A stretch of 64,000 bases of DNA, from the NCBI GenBank assembly GCA_965214605.1, contig OZ243961.1, forward strand, positions 1,952,001 through 2,016,000, read 5' to 3'. Source of the DNA: an uncultured Candidatus Binatia bacterium. Its GTDB lineage: Bacteria > Desulfobacterota > Binatia > Bin18. The notes beneath the pieces are model-generated. The model did not search any database, had not been told where the DNA came from, and was given only the letters and a program-made list of their open reading frames with translations. Of this stretch, positions 32,021-42,700 are shown piece after piece (the first letter of the stretch is position 1; each line of letters starts with the position of its first letter). Position numbers and translations under genes: made by a program.

Positions 32021-32077
32021 TGGCATCGGTCGGATAAAAATAGTTGAGAAGATTACTCCGAGCTACGGGGATTGATG
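31998..32077. repeat. 20-bp exact direct repeat CCGAGCTACGGGGATTGATG (31998-32017, 32058-32077)
   Basis: Read directly; the 40-nt intervening segment is partly AT-rich. Confidence 0.85.
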
Positions 32078-32089
32078 CCTCCATGACGG

Positions 32090-32403
32090 TATTTCCGGAC
32101 GGGCTCGATCAGCCGCGCCATCGGACTGGTGACAGACGTACGAACTTGCTCGCAACATCAATACCCTGCCACAAGGCGATGTTCTTCGCCGAGAACGACG
32201 CAAGCGGCAACCGGATCAATCACAAAGCAGCAATCTCGGGCGGCTTGCAGATCGTTCCTGCAGGGGCCGCGCGCCAAGTGCTCGCCGATGACTACGCGAG
32301 AATGCTAGCCGACGGGATGCTGCTTGGCGAGAACGAGCCATTTGATGCGCTGATGGAGCGATGCGCGGCAATTGAGACGCGGGCCAACGGGTTGAAACCA
32401 TGA
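32090..32403 (+). pseudogene. C-terminal remnant of an AbiEii/AbiGii-type nucleotidyltransferase toxin
   Basis: HKAMFFAE...GGLQIVP...LADDYARM...FDALM resembles the AbiEii-family C-terminus; N-terminal catalytic part absent. Confidence 0.6.
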
Positions 32404-35400
32404 CAGCGACCTCACCCGAACCCGGCCGGATCGCGCTGGTGCGCCAGCGCCGATATCTCGTGGAAAACGTAACGCCTCCTCCATCACCCACCGAAGCCAC
32501 GCTCGTCGATCTCTCCTGTCTCGACGACGACGCGCAGGGCGAGCCGCTCTCGGTGCTGTGGGAGCACGAACTTGATGCCCGCGTACTCGAAGACGACGGC
32601 TGGTCGGCAGTTGCCGACAAGGGATTTGACGATCCCGCCCTGTTCGCCGCCTACCTCCGCGCGCTGTCGTGGAACTGCGTGACGGCAACCGACCCGAATC
32701 TCTTTCAAGCGCCGTTCCGTGCCGGCATCCGTATTGATGCCTATCAACTCGACCCGCTGCGCAAGGCGCTCAAGTTGCCGCGCGTGAACCTGTTCATTGC
32801 TGATGACGTCGGGCTTGGTAAGACCATCGAGGCTGGCCTAATCGCGCGCGAGCTTCTGCTGCGCCGCCGTATCGACCGGATCGTCGTTGCATGTCCGCCT
32901 GCGATGCTGGACCAGTGGCAGGACGAGATGGAAGCCCGTTTCGGTCTCACTTTCACCATTCTCGACCGGGCCTATGTGACGCGGATGCGCCGCGAGCGCG
33001 GCTTCTCCGTCAACCCCTGGACCACCCATTCTCGCTTCCTCATCTCCCACCGCCTTCTCATTGACGAGGCCCACGCTTCGGGCTTGCGTGACTGGCTTGG
33101 AGAGTTCGCCCCGCAATCCCTCCTAATTCTCGACGAGGCGCACAACGCCGCGCCCGCGAGCGGTGCACGTTACGCGATTGATTCGCAGATCACGCGCGCC
33201 GTCCGCGACATCGCGCCTCGTTTCGAGCATCGTCTGTTCCTGTCGGCGACTCCGCATAACGGGCATTCGAACAGCTTTTCCGCCTTGCTCGAAATTCTCG
33301 ATCCACAACGTTTCTGCCGTGGAGTCCGCGTCCTTAAGGGGCAGCTCGACGAGGTGCTGGTCCGGCGGCTCAAGTCCGATATCCGGGAACTCGAAGGCGG
33401 GTTCCCGAAGCGCACGGTGGCCCCGGTGAGAATCGACGGGCTGCCGCCGGACGCGCCCGAGCTCGTGCTGCCGAAGCTGCTGGATGCCTACCGACTCGTG
33501 CGCGAAGAGAGGCTCAAGAACGAATCACGCTCGCGGCAAACCGCCGGCGCATTGGTGATCGGCGGGCTGCAGAAACGTCTGCTGTCCTCCGTCGAGGCCT
33601 TCGCGAAGACGCTTTCGGTGCACCGCAAGAGCCTGGAACGTGTGTTGGAGAAGGCTTTGGCCGTCCCCACAACGTCGGCAGCGCCGCATGCCGATCTCCA
33701 ACGTTTGACTGTGGACATGGAGCCCGACACGGAGGTCTTTAGCGCTGACGATCAAGCTCTCGACATCGACGGCGAAACCATCCCACCGGACGATTCAGAA
33801 CGACCCGACCCGTCGGATCTCGAGTTGGCCGATCTCATGACGACGGCCACAGCGGCATCAAGCGACAGCAGCCAGACGGAGACGCGCGAGGCGCTAATGC
33901 GCGAACTCGCGCTTGTCGACGAGATGCGCGATGTGGCCGAGGCGAGCCGATACGGGGCTGACCCGCGCGTTCGCAAGATCATTGAATGGATCGACGCCAA
34001 TCTGTGTCCAGGTCTTGCAGCGCCCGGAGCAACACTCCCGCAATGGAACGATCGCCGCCTGCTTATCTTCACTGAATACGAGGATACGCGCCGATGGCTC
34101 CAGCGCTGCCTGAACGAGGCGATCGCGTGTTCCAGTCAGGCATCCAAGCGGATTGCGGCCTTCACGGGGATGACCTCCCGCCGAAGGCGGGAAGACATCA
34201 AGCACGCCTTCAACACCGAGCCGGGCGACGATCCGCTCCGCATTCTCATCGCGACCGACGCGGCACGGGAGGGCCTCAATCTCCAGCGCCATTGCTACGA
34301 CCTTTTCCATTTCGATCTGCCTTGGAACCCGAGCCGCCTAGACCAGCGTAACGGCCGCATCGACCGCAAACTTCAGCCCGCCGACGAAGTCTTCTGCCGC
34401 TACTTCGTGTTTGTTCAGCGGCCGGAAGATCGTGTTCTTCAGGTGTTGGTGAACAAGGTCGAGCGCATCCGGGAAGAACTTGGCAGCGTTGCCAAGATCC
34501 TCGAAGCCCGCGTCGCTCGGACCATTGGCGTCGAGGGCATGCGGCGCGACGGGCTCGACAGACTCGCGTCCAACATTCGGGATCTGTCGGCGAGCGAGCA
34601 GCGGCAAACCGTCGAGGAAGAGCTTGAGGACGCGCGTCTTCGCCAGGACAAGCTCCGCGAAGAAGTCGACGGCCTGCGCACACGCCTGGAACGCTCACGC
34701 ATGCATATTGGCATCGCTTCGTCACAGTTCCGCCAGACCCTCTCAATGAGCCTGAAGCTCGCCGGCGCGCCTGGGATCACGGCAACGGATCGGGATAGAG
34801 GGCAGGATCCCGACACCCCGCGCCGTTTTGTCTTTCCGGGAGATCACCGCGCGTTGGCAAGCGACTCCGGCTGGACCGCGGCACTCGACGCGTTGCGGGT
34901 GCGCAGACAACGAGGGGAGAGCTTTGGCGAGTGGCGCCGCCGGGCCTCCATCCGCCCCATCACGTTCGAAGACACCGGCCGGCTGGGCGAGAACGCCGTG
35001 CAGCTCCATCTCGAGCACAGCGTGGCCCGGCGCCTGCTCGGCCGGTTCACGGCACAGGGCCTGGTCCACCACGATCTGTCCAAAGCTTGCCTGACCGTTG
35101 CGCCCGATGCGATCCCACGAGTGGTGCTGCTAGGTCGCCTCGCCGTTTACGGACCGTGCGCCGCGCGCCTGCACGAAGAGATGGTGCCGGTCACGGCGCG
35201 CTGGATCGATCCCGAACGACGGCAGGACGCGCTCACGCCCTACGGTCGGGCCGGCGAGCAGACTACGCTGGCCTCACTGCAGTCGGCGCTCGACGAAGCC
35301 GGACAGGACAGCGTTCCGGATCAGGTGCGAGGTCGTCTCGCGGCATCGGCGCAGGCCGATATCGCGGATCTGCTGCCGCATCTGGAGCGACGGGCGGACG

Positions 35401-35714
35401 AATACGCGGAGCAAGCGAAGAGACGTCTTGCCGAACGGTCGGAGGCCGAAAGGCGCAGCATGATCGAACTGCTCAAGCGCCAGCGGAAGAGGATTGCCGA
35501 AGCCGTCAGCAAAAACGACCGACAACTGACGTTCGACTTCGATGCAGCCGAGCGGCGCCAACGCGAAGCCGATCGCCGCGCCTGGAGCCGGCGCCTCGAA
35601 GCCATTGAGACCGAGCTCGAGACCGAGCCGCGCCGGATCGCCGACACGTACAGCGTACGCGCCGTGCGCGTCGATCCGCTCGGCCTCGTCTATCTCTGGC
35701 CGCTGACGGGATAG
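32400..35714 (+). CDS. drmD: DISARM SNF2-like helicase DrmD
   Basis: ADDVGLGKT (Walker A), DEAH, SATPHNG, QRNGRIDR; first gene of a class 1 DISARM gene order. Confidence 0.92.
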   Translation: MTATSPEPGRIALVRQRRYLVENVTPPPSPTEATLVDLSCLDDDAQGEPLSVLWEHELDARVLEDDGWSAVADKGFDDPALFAAYLRALSWNCVTATDPNLFQAPFRAGIRIDAYQLDPLRKALKLPRVNLFIADDVGLGKTIEAGLIARELLLRRRIDRIVVACPPAMLDQWQDEMEARFGLTFTILDRAYVTRMRRERGFSVNPWTTHSRFLISHRLLIDEAHASGLRDWLGEFAPQSLLILDEAHNAAPASGARYAIDSQITRAVRDIAPRFEHRLFLSATPHNGHSNSFSALLEILDPQRFCRGVRVLKGQLDEVLVRRLKSDIRELEGGFPKRTVAPVRIDGLPPDAPELVLPKLLDAYRLVREERLKNESRSRQTAGALVIGGLQKRLLSSVEAFAKTLSVHRKSLERVLEKALAVPTTSAAPHADLQRLTVDMEPDTEVFSADDQALDIDGETIPPDDSERPDPSDLELADLMTTATAASSDSSQTETREALMRELALVDEMRDVAEASRYGADPRVRKIIEWIDANLCPGLAAPGATLPQWNDRRLLIFTEYEDTRRWLQRCLNEAIACSSQASKRIAAFTGMTSRRRREDIKHAFNTEPGDDPLRILIATDAAREGLNLQRHCYDLFHFDLPWNPSRLDQRNGRIDRKLQPADEVFCRYFVFVQRPEDRVLQVLVNKVERIREELGSVAKILEARVARTIGVEGMRRDGLDRLASNIRDLSASEQRQTVEEELEDARLRQDKLREEVDGLRTRLERSRMHIGIASSQFRQTLSMSLKLAGAPGITATDRDRGQDPDTPRRFVFPGDHRALASDSGWTAALDALRVRRQRGESFGEWRRRASIRPITFEDTGRLGENAVQLHLEHSVARRLLGRFTAQGLVHHDLSKACLTVAPDAIPRVVLLGRLAVYGPCAARLHEEMVPVTARWIDPERRQDALTPYGRAGEQTTLASLQSALDEAGQDSVPDQVRGRLAASAQADIADLLPHLERRADEYAEQAKRRLAERSEAERRSMIELLKRQRKRIAEAVSKNDRQLTFDFDAAERRQREADRRAWSRRLEAIETELETEPRRIADTYSVRAVRVDPLGLVYLWPLTG

Positions 35715-35717
35715 GTC

Positions 35718-38700
35718 ATGGCGGACCGCGAACGCCGCAACCTGATCTTCGCCCACCAGGAATGGCTGGGTTTCGTGCAGCCGGTGGGTCTCGTGGTCGC
35801 GCCGACCGTCATGGTCGACGCCCAGGTCGTACCGGACCGCAACGTTTCGGGACGCCAGCGGGAGTTTCGGGCGCTGTTCGACGCGAATGACGAGGCGAGC
35901 GTCGTCGCCGGTGTCTCGGAGACACGCGCAACGTACCGCGTCTCCGGAACTCCGCAGGGCTCCGTTCTGCATCGTGTGTTCCGGGAGTGGCTGGGCTGGG
36001 AGGACGACGACCTCGTGGAAGCGGAACGCCACCGCGACACGCTCGAAATCGCCCTGCCGGAATTGCAGGTGGTGCTCTCTCCGACCTGGGCCGTGCCGGG
36101 CGATCAGGATTCGGACCAGGCGTGGACGATGCTGATCCGGGTAGAGGACGAAGGAGCCGACTTCGACCAACCGCCCGGCGACGGCACCGGTTGGAATGCG
36201 AGCCGTCATGCCCGGTTCGAACGGCTGCTCCGGGAGACCGGCGTTCCGACCGGCCTGCTCTGCACCGATGAACGCATCCGCCTGATCCATGCGCCGGGAG
36301 GCGAGTCGTCGGGGCACATCACCTTCGAGTTCGCCCAGATGGCACTGCCGGCGGGCCGGCCCATCCTAGCCGCTTTCGAAATGCTTCTCTCGGCGGATGC
36401 GCTCTTCGGCGCCACCCCCGAGGCTGGCCTACCCGCGCTCCTGGCCAAGAGCCGCGATGCGCAGGCCGAAGTCTCAACGAAGCTCTCCCGCCAGGTGCTT
36501 GCCGCGCTGCATGAACTGTTGCGCGGCTTCGTCTCCGCCGACGCGCATGGCCAGGGGATCGTGACCGCGTTGGCGCGGCGCGATCCCGAACATCTCTACG
36601 GCGGGCTCATCACGACATTGATGCGGCTGGTCTTCGTTCTCTACGCCGAAGACCGGGGCCTCATGCCCGATCATCCGGTCTACCAGCAGCACTATTCCCT
36701 GGGTGGCTTGTTCGCCCGCCTGCGGGCCGATGCGGCAGCTTGGCCAGACACCATGGACCAGCGGTTCGGCGCCTGGGCGCAGTTGATTACGCTGTTCCGA
36801 CTGATCCACAGCGGCGGCGGTCATGCCAGACTCCGCTTCGTGGCGCGCAAGGGCGCGCTGTTCGATCCGGACCGGTTTCCCTTCCTCGAAGGGCGCGCGC
36901 CGGACCACGACCCGACGGTTCCCATGGTGCCGGACGCGACCGTCTGGAAAGTGTTGCAGTCTCTGATGGTGTTGGACGGCGAGCGATTGTCTTACCGTAC
37001 CCTTGATGTCGAGCAAATCGGTTCGGTCTACGAGGCTGTCATAGGCTTCCGCGTCGAGCTAACTACCGGCCGCTCTATCGCAGTGGCGTCACGGAAACGA
37101 ACCGGCGCCGCCGTTATCGTCGATCTCGACAGCCTGCTCTCACTCGACGGCGGCAAGCGCGCGAAGGCGATCCAGGACGCGACAGACCGGAAACTGACGG
37201 GCGCCGCCGTTGCCGCGCTCCGCAATGCAGCCACCGTCGAGGATGTGGTGGTAGCGATAGAGCGTAGCGTCGACCGCGACGCTACGCCCAATATCGTGTC
37301 GCCTCGAACGCCTGTCCTCCAGCCGACGGACGAGCGCCGACGGTCCGGCAGTCACTACACGCCGCGCTCCCTGACCGAGCCAATCGTTTCGGAAGCCCTG
37401 CGGCCGATATTGGAACGACTGGGGCAGGATGCCCGGCCCGAAGATATTCTCGATCTCAAGGTCCTCGACCCGGCGACAGGATCGGGTGCCTTTCTGGTTG
37501 AGGCCTGCCGTCAGCTGTCGGCCCGGCTGATCGAAGCGTGGAATCTGCACGACGGCCCGCCGGACCTGCCAGCCGACGAGGACGAGCTGCTGCACGCCCG
37601 GCGTCTCGTCGCCCAGCGCTGCCTCTATGGCGTGGACCGGAATCGAATGGCCATCGATCTCGCGCGGCTGTCCCTGTGGCTGGTGACGCTCGCACGCGAT
37701 CACGAGTTCACCTTCATCGACCACGCCCTGCGCCATGGCGATTCGCTGGTCGGCCTGACCCGCAACCAGATCGAAGGATTCCATTGGGATGCCGAATCGA
37801 AGGATTCCATTGAGATGCCACGGCCCCGATTTCAACTCGGCACAGAGACACCGGAAGTGCGTAAACATGTGACGCGGGTCTCCGAGATGCGTCAACTGAT
37901 CCGTGAACTCGGCGACGAGGCCCCTGAACACGAACTGCGAGAGCTTCTGGACGAGGCTGAACGTGAGCTCAGAAACATTCGCCAAGTCGCCGACTTGGTA
38001 CTGACTGCGTTCTTCGAAGGAGGGAGGCCGAAAGAACGCGAGAGCGTCCGGCTCAAATACGCGAGTCTGCTTCTTGAAGAGGACTGGGCTGCTACCGACT
38101 CGTGTGTGGCAACGAAGCTGCCGGTCGCACCGTTCCATTGGGAACCGGAGTTTCCCGAGGTGTTCGAGCGCGAGAACGCGGGGTTCGACGCGATTGTGGG
38201 TAACCCGCCCTTTGCCGGCAAGAACATGGTCGCCGCCGCGAACGTCGCCGGCTATTCCGACTGGCTCAAGCAGATGCACCCTGGGAGCCACGGTAACGCG
38301 GATCTCGTTGCTCATTTTTTCCGACGGGCATTTGGCCTCCTGCGCTCTGGAGGCGTGCTCGGTCTCATCGCCACCAACACCATAGGCCAAGGCGACACGC
38401 GCTCGACGGGCCTTCGTTGGATCTGCAGCAACGGCGGCACGGTCTATCGTGTCCAACGCCGCCTGAAGTGGCCCGGCGAGGCGGCGGTCGTGGTCAGCGT
38501 GGTTCACCTCATCAACGCAGCGGTGTATTCCGGGCCATGTCAGCTAGACGGCCGCAAGGTTGACAAGATTACCGCCTTCCTGTTTCATGACGGCGGCCAT
38601 GACGACCCGGCGCGGCTCGCGGCAAACGCAGGCAGGAGCTTCGTCGGCAGCTACGTCCTCGGCATGGGATTCACCTTCGATGACACCGACACCAAGGGCG

Positions 38701-39761
38701 TTGCTACGCCGTTAGCGGAAATGCGGCGGCTGATCGCTGAAGACCCGCATAACAGCAACGCCATCTTTCCCTATATCGGTGGCAAGGAGGTTAACACGAG
38801 CCCGACTCATGCGCACCATCGGTATGTCATCAATTTCCGGGACTACCCGCTGCGGCGGAAGGAGCTGGGAGCGACATGGCAAGACACCGATGACGGACAG
38901 CGCCAGCAATGGTTGCGTGTGGGAATTGTGCCCCTCGACTATCCGGCTCCGGTGGCGGCTGACTGGCCGGACCTGCTGACGATCGTCGAAGAGCGCGTGA
39001 AGCCGGCCCGGGCGCATCTCACGAACAACCCCATCGGCCGTAAACGCTCCCAGTTCTGGTGGTTGTATGGCTCACTCGCTAAGGAACTCTATGCTTCGAT
39101 AGCCAGCCTAGACCGCGTGCTTGTAATTTCAGAAGTTGGGCAGCACGGGGCGTTCGCCTTCTTGCCAAGTAACATGGCCTTTTCTCATACACTCAACATC
39201 TTCCCGCTTGACACCTATGCCGCCTTCTGCGCCCTCCAGTCACGCCCTCACGAGATCTGGGCACGGTTCTTCGGTTCGTCGCTGGGAGATCAACTCCGCT
39301 ACACCCCCTCGGACTGCTTCGAGACCTTCCCCTTCCCCGAGACGTGGGAAAGCCACCCCGCACTTGAAGCCATCGGCAAGGCGTACTACGAATACCGCGC
39401 TGCGCTCATGGCCCGAAACGGCGAAGGCCTGACCAAGACCTACAACCGCTTCCATAATCCCGACGAAGAAGACGCGGATATTGTAAAACTCCGTAAGCTC
39501 CACGCTGCAATGGACCGCGTTATTCTCGCTGCCTATGGCTGGCCTGACGTTCCTACCGATTGCGAGTTTCTGTTGGATTGGGAGATTGACGAAGAAACCT
39601 GGGGCAAGAAGAAAAAACCCTGGCGCTACCACTGGCCCAATGAAATTCGCGACGAGGTGCTCGCGCGCCTGTTGTCCCTGAACGCCGAGCGCGCGGCCGA
39701 GGAACGACTGACCGGAAGCGATGGTCGCATCCGAGCCGGGAACACCAAGGCCGCCTCATGA
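35718..39761 (+). CDS. drmMI: DISARM N6-adenine DNA methyltransferase DrmMI (type IIG/Eco57I-like architecture)
   Basis: GSHYTP, VLDPATGSGAFL (motif I), GNPPF (motif IV), C-terminal TRD-like region; lies between drmD and drmA. Confidence 0.9.
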   Translation: MADRERRNLIFAHQEWLGFVQPVGLVVAPTVMVDAQVVPDRNVSGRQREFRALFDANDEASVVAGVSETRATYRVSGTPQGSVLHRVFREWLGWEDDDLVEAERHRDTLEIALPELQVVLSPTWAVPGDQDSDQAWTMLIRVEDEGADFDQPPGDGTGWNASRHARFERLLRETGVPTGLLCTDERIRLIHAPGGESSGHITFEFAQMALPAGRPILAAFEMLLSADALFGATPEAGLPALLAKSRDAQAEVSTKLSRQVLAALHELLRGFVSADAHGQGIVTALARRDPEHLYGGLITTLMRLVFVLYAEDRGLMPDHPVYQQHYSLGGLFARLRADAAAWPDTMDQRFGAWAQLITLFRLIHSGGGHARLRFVARKGALFDPDRFPFLEGRAPDHDPTVPMVPDATVWKVLQSLMVLDGERLSYRTLDVEQIGSVYEAVIGFRVELTTGRSIAVASRKRTGAAVIVDLDSLLSLDGGKRAKAIQDATDRKLTGAAVAALRNAATVEDVVVAIERSVDRDATPNIVSPRTPVLQPTDERRRSGSHYTPRSLTEPIVSEALRPILERLGQDARPEDILDLKVLDPATGSGAFLVEACRQLSARLIEAWNLHDGPPDLPADEDELLHARRLVAQRCLYGVDRNRMAIDLARLSLWLVTLARDHEFTFIDHALRHGDSLVGLTRNQIEGFHWDAESKDSIEMPRPRFQLGTETPEVRKHVTRVSEMRQLIRELGDEAPEHELRELLDEAERELRNIRQVADLVLTAFFEGGRPKERESVRLKYASLLLEEDWAATDSCVATKLPVAPFHWEPEFPEVFERENAGFDAIVGNPPFAGKNMVAAANVAGYSDWLKQMHPGSHGNADLVAHFFRRAFGLLRSGGVLGLIATNTIGQGDTRSTGLRWICSNGGTVYRVQRRLKWPGEAAVVVSVVHLINAAVYSGPCQLDGRKVDKITAFLFHDGGHDDPARLAANAGRSFVGSYVLGMGFTFDDTDTKGVATPLAEMRRLIAEDPHNSNAIFPYIGGKEVNTSPTHAHHRYVINFRDYPLRRKELGATWQDTDDGQRQQWLRVGIVPLDYPAPVAADWPDLLTIVEERVKPARAHLTNNPIGRKRSQFWWLYGSLAKELYASIASLDRVLVISEVGQHGAFAFLPSNMAFSHTLNIFPLDTYAAFCALQSRPHEIWARFFGSSLGDQLRYTPSDCFETFPFPETWESHPALEAIGKAYYEYRAALMARNGEGLTKTYNRFHNPDEEDADIVKLRKLHAAMDRVILAAYGWPDVPTDCEFLLDWEIDEETWGKKKKPWRYHWPNEIRDEVLARLLSLNAERAAEERLTGSDGRIRAGNTKAAS

Positions 39762-42700
39762 CCCTGACTTCTACCCCCACCTTCAACGATAGCGCCTGCG
39801 TCCGCGACTATCTGGTGGAGGCATTGCGGTTCGACCTGATCGGTCCGCGCCCCGGAGACAACGTCCTTGGGCATGAATACCTGCCGCACGCGCCGTCTCG
39901 CTGGTACCTGACCGGGTTCCTGGCGCCGACGGGCGCACCGGGTGCCCAGCGGGCGCAGGATGCCGAAGAGGAACTCGACGAGCCGTCCGAGCCCACCCAG
40001 GGAAGCGACGATGCGAGCACGCCGGAGCGCGGCAGCGGCAAACGCGCCTTTCTGCCCTCGTCCATGGGTCTGAGCGTTCTGACGGACGCGTCCGCCAAGC
40101 GCCTCGACATTGCGCTGTCCTGGGGCGACTACGCGCCGGAGGAAGAGCCGGCACGCAATGCCGCAAACCAGGGCGACGAACCCGGCGATGATGCGGCCCC
40201 GGCCCGGCGCCGCTTTGCGCCTTGGGTCCGCCATCCGCGTGCAGAGACCATCTACATTGATCTGGAGGCGATTCAAGCTGGGACACCGGTTCGGGTCGAC
40301 GTGCCGGACAGTGGCGGTCTCGAGATTGTTTGCCTGGTTCGACAGACCTGGGTTCGAGAGGTCGAGGGCAATCTCGATGCCCGCGCCGTCTCCCTGTTCG
40401 TCGTCAACCGGCGCCCGGCACCAGAGGACGACGATCTGCAGGACACGGCCTTCGCATTTCAGGTCGAAATGAGTCTTACCGCGGATCGGCCATTTGTCCC
40501 GAGACACGACCCGCGCGGCCTCGAAAGCGACGACTGGGACGAGCGACTCGCCGACCTGCATTACCGGGACGCGGCGGAATACGCGGTTGGTCACAATGTC
40601 TCCACCTGGGCGGGCACATCCGATGGCGCATGCCGTCGGGTGCATACCGAATGGATGCCTCGCGCCGCAGTAGAACGCGTCAAACCATCGGAAATCCCAG
40701 ACGTCGAGTTCGGCATGGAGGCGCTCGGCACCCTAGAGGACGCGGCGGATGCGAAGCGGTCGCTGAACCCGCTGGTCCGCGCTTATCGCGATTGGATTGA
40801 GGACCAGCACGAGAAAGCGCAAGCCTTCTCCGGCGGGCGCCGGGAGGTCGCGGACGAGCTGGTGAGCAGGGCTACCCGTGCGGCGGATCGCATCCAGGCC
40901 GGCATCGATCTGCTTGACGATCCCGACCTGCTGGGTGCGTTCCGCATCGCCAACCGCGCCATGGCGGAGGCGGCGCGGCGGCGAAGGGCGCAGGAGGAGT
41001 GCATCCCGCCTGAAGCGGTAAACCCGCCTGAGTGGCGTCCCTTCCAGCTCGCCTACATTCTGATGAACCTTCGCGGAATCGCCGAGCCGACCCATGTCGA
41101 GCGCGAGATCGTCGATCTGCTGTTCTTCCCCACCGGCGGTGGCAAGACCGAAGCCTATCTCGGGCTGGCAGCGTTTACGCTCGTCCTGCGCCGTCTGCGC
41201 GATCCCGACCCGGTCCATCGCGGTCTGTCGGTACTCATGCGCTACACGCTCCGCCTTCTCACTCTCGACCAGCTCGGGCGCGCCGCGGCGCTTATTTGCG
41301 CGCTCGAGCTCGAGCGCGAGGCTGCACCCGGAGAACTCGGAACATGGCCGTTCGAGATCGCGCTCTGGGTGGGCCGCGCCGCGACGCCCAACCACATGGG
41401 CCAGAAGGGCGATCGGTCCAACGACACCGCACGCGCGAAGACGTTACGATTTGCGCGCGACACCTCGCGCGATCCGCCACTGCCGCTGGATCGGTGCCCC
41501 TGGTGCGGCACGAAATTCGGAAAGCGTTCCTTCCGCCTGGACCCTGACACCGATAACCCGAAAAATCTGTCGGTGTGTTGCGCAAACCGGCGCTGCGATT
41601 TCGCGGGAAAGCGTCACCTGCCCATCGTTGCAGTGGACGAGCCAATCTACGAACGCCTGCCGGCCTTCATGATCGCGACCGCCGATAAGTTCGCCGCCAT
41701 GCCGTGGAGCGGCGAGACGGCGGGTTTCTTCCGGGGCGGCGACGCGACCGACCCGCGGCCGCCCGACCTCATCATTCAGGACGAGCTGCATCTCATCTCG
41801 GGGCCGCTTGGCACCATGGCAGGGCTTTACGAAACAGCGGTCAACCATCTCTGCCAACGCCAAATCGACGGCAAGGAAGTGCGCCCGAAGATCATCGCGT
41901 CGACCGCGACCGTGCGCCTCGCCCAAAAGCAGATTCGCGCCCTGTTCGGTCGCTCCTCTGTGGCAGTGTTTCCTGCGCCGGGGATTGAGCGGCGGGACTC
42001 GTTCTTTGCCGAACAGGCGCCGCAACAGGAGGTGCACCCGCGGATCTATCTCGGCATCGCCGCGCAGGGTCGCGGGCCAAAGGTCATCTTCCTGAGAAGC
42101 ACGATCACGCTGATGGCCGCGGCTCAAGCTGCCTGGAACGCCGTGACCGGCGGCGGCGTCAACCCCGCCGATCCCTACATGACGGTCGTCGCCTACTTCA
42201 ATGCCCTGCGCGAACTGGGGAGCGCACGGCGCATTGTCGAGGACGAGATCGGTTCGCGCCTTCTAACCTATGCCGGCCGCAAGCGCCTCGACGATGCAGC
42301 CGGGCTGTTCGCCGACAGACGGATCGCCTTCGAGCCGGTCGAGCTGACCTCGCGCGTTGGTACAGCCAATGTCGCCGACGCCAAGCGCCGGCTCTCCCTC
42401 GACTTCACTGACAAGGAACGCGTGGACGTGGCTCTAGCCACGAACATGATCTCCGTCGGCCTCGACATCACACGGCTCGGCTTGATGCTCGTCTCCGGCC
42501 AGCCGAAAACCACGGCTGAATACATCCAGGCTACGAGCCGCGTAGGCCGCGATCCGGCGCGGCCCGGCCTGATAGTGACTCTCCTAAATGTCCATAAGCC
42601 GCGTGACCGCTCGCACTATGAGCGCTTCTCCGCCTGGCACGACTCCTTCTATCGTGGGGTCGAAGCGACCAGCGTCACACCGTTCTCTCCGCGCGCCCTT

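Noticed and set aside
32400-39761. BREX or stand-alone type IIG restriction-modification assignment for the helicase-methylase pair
   Set aside because: No PglZ/BrxC genes; the downstream DrmA, DUF1998 and PLD domains fit class 1 DISARM.
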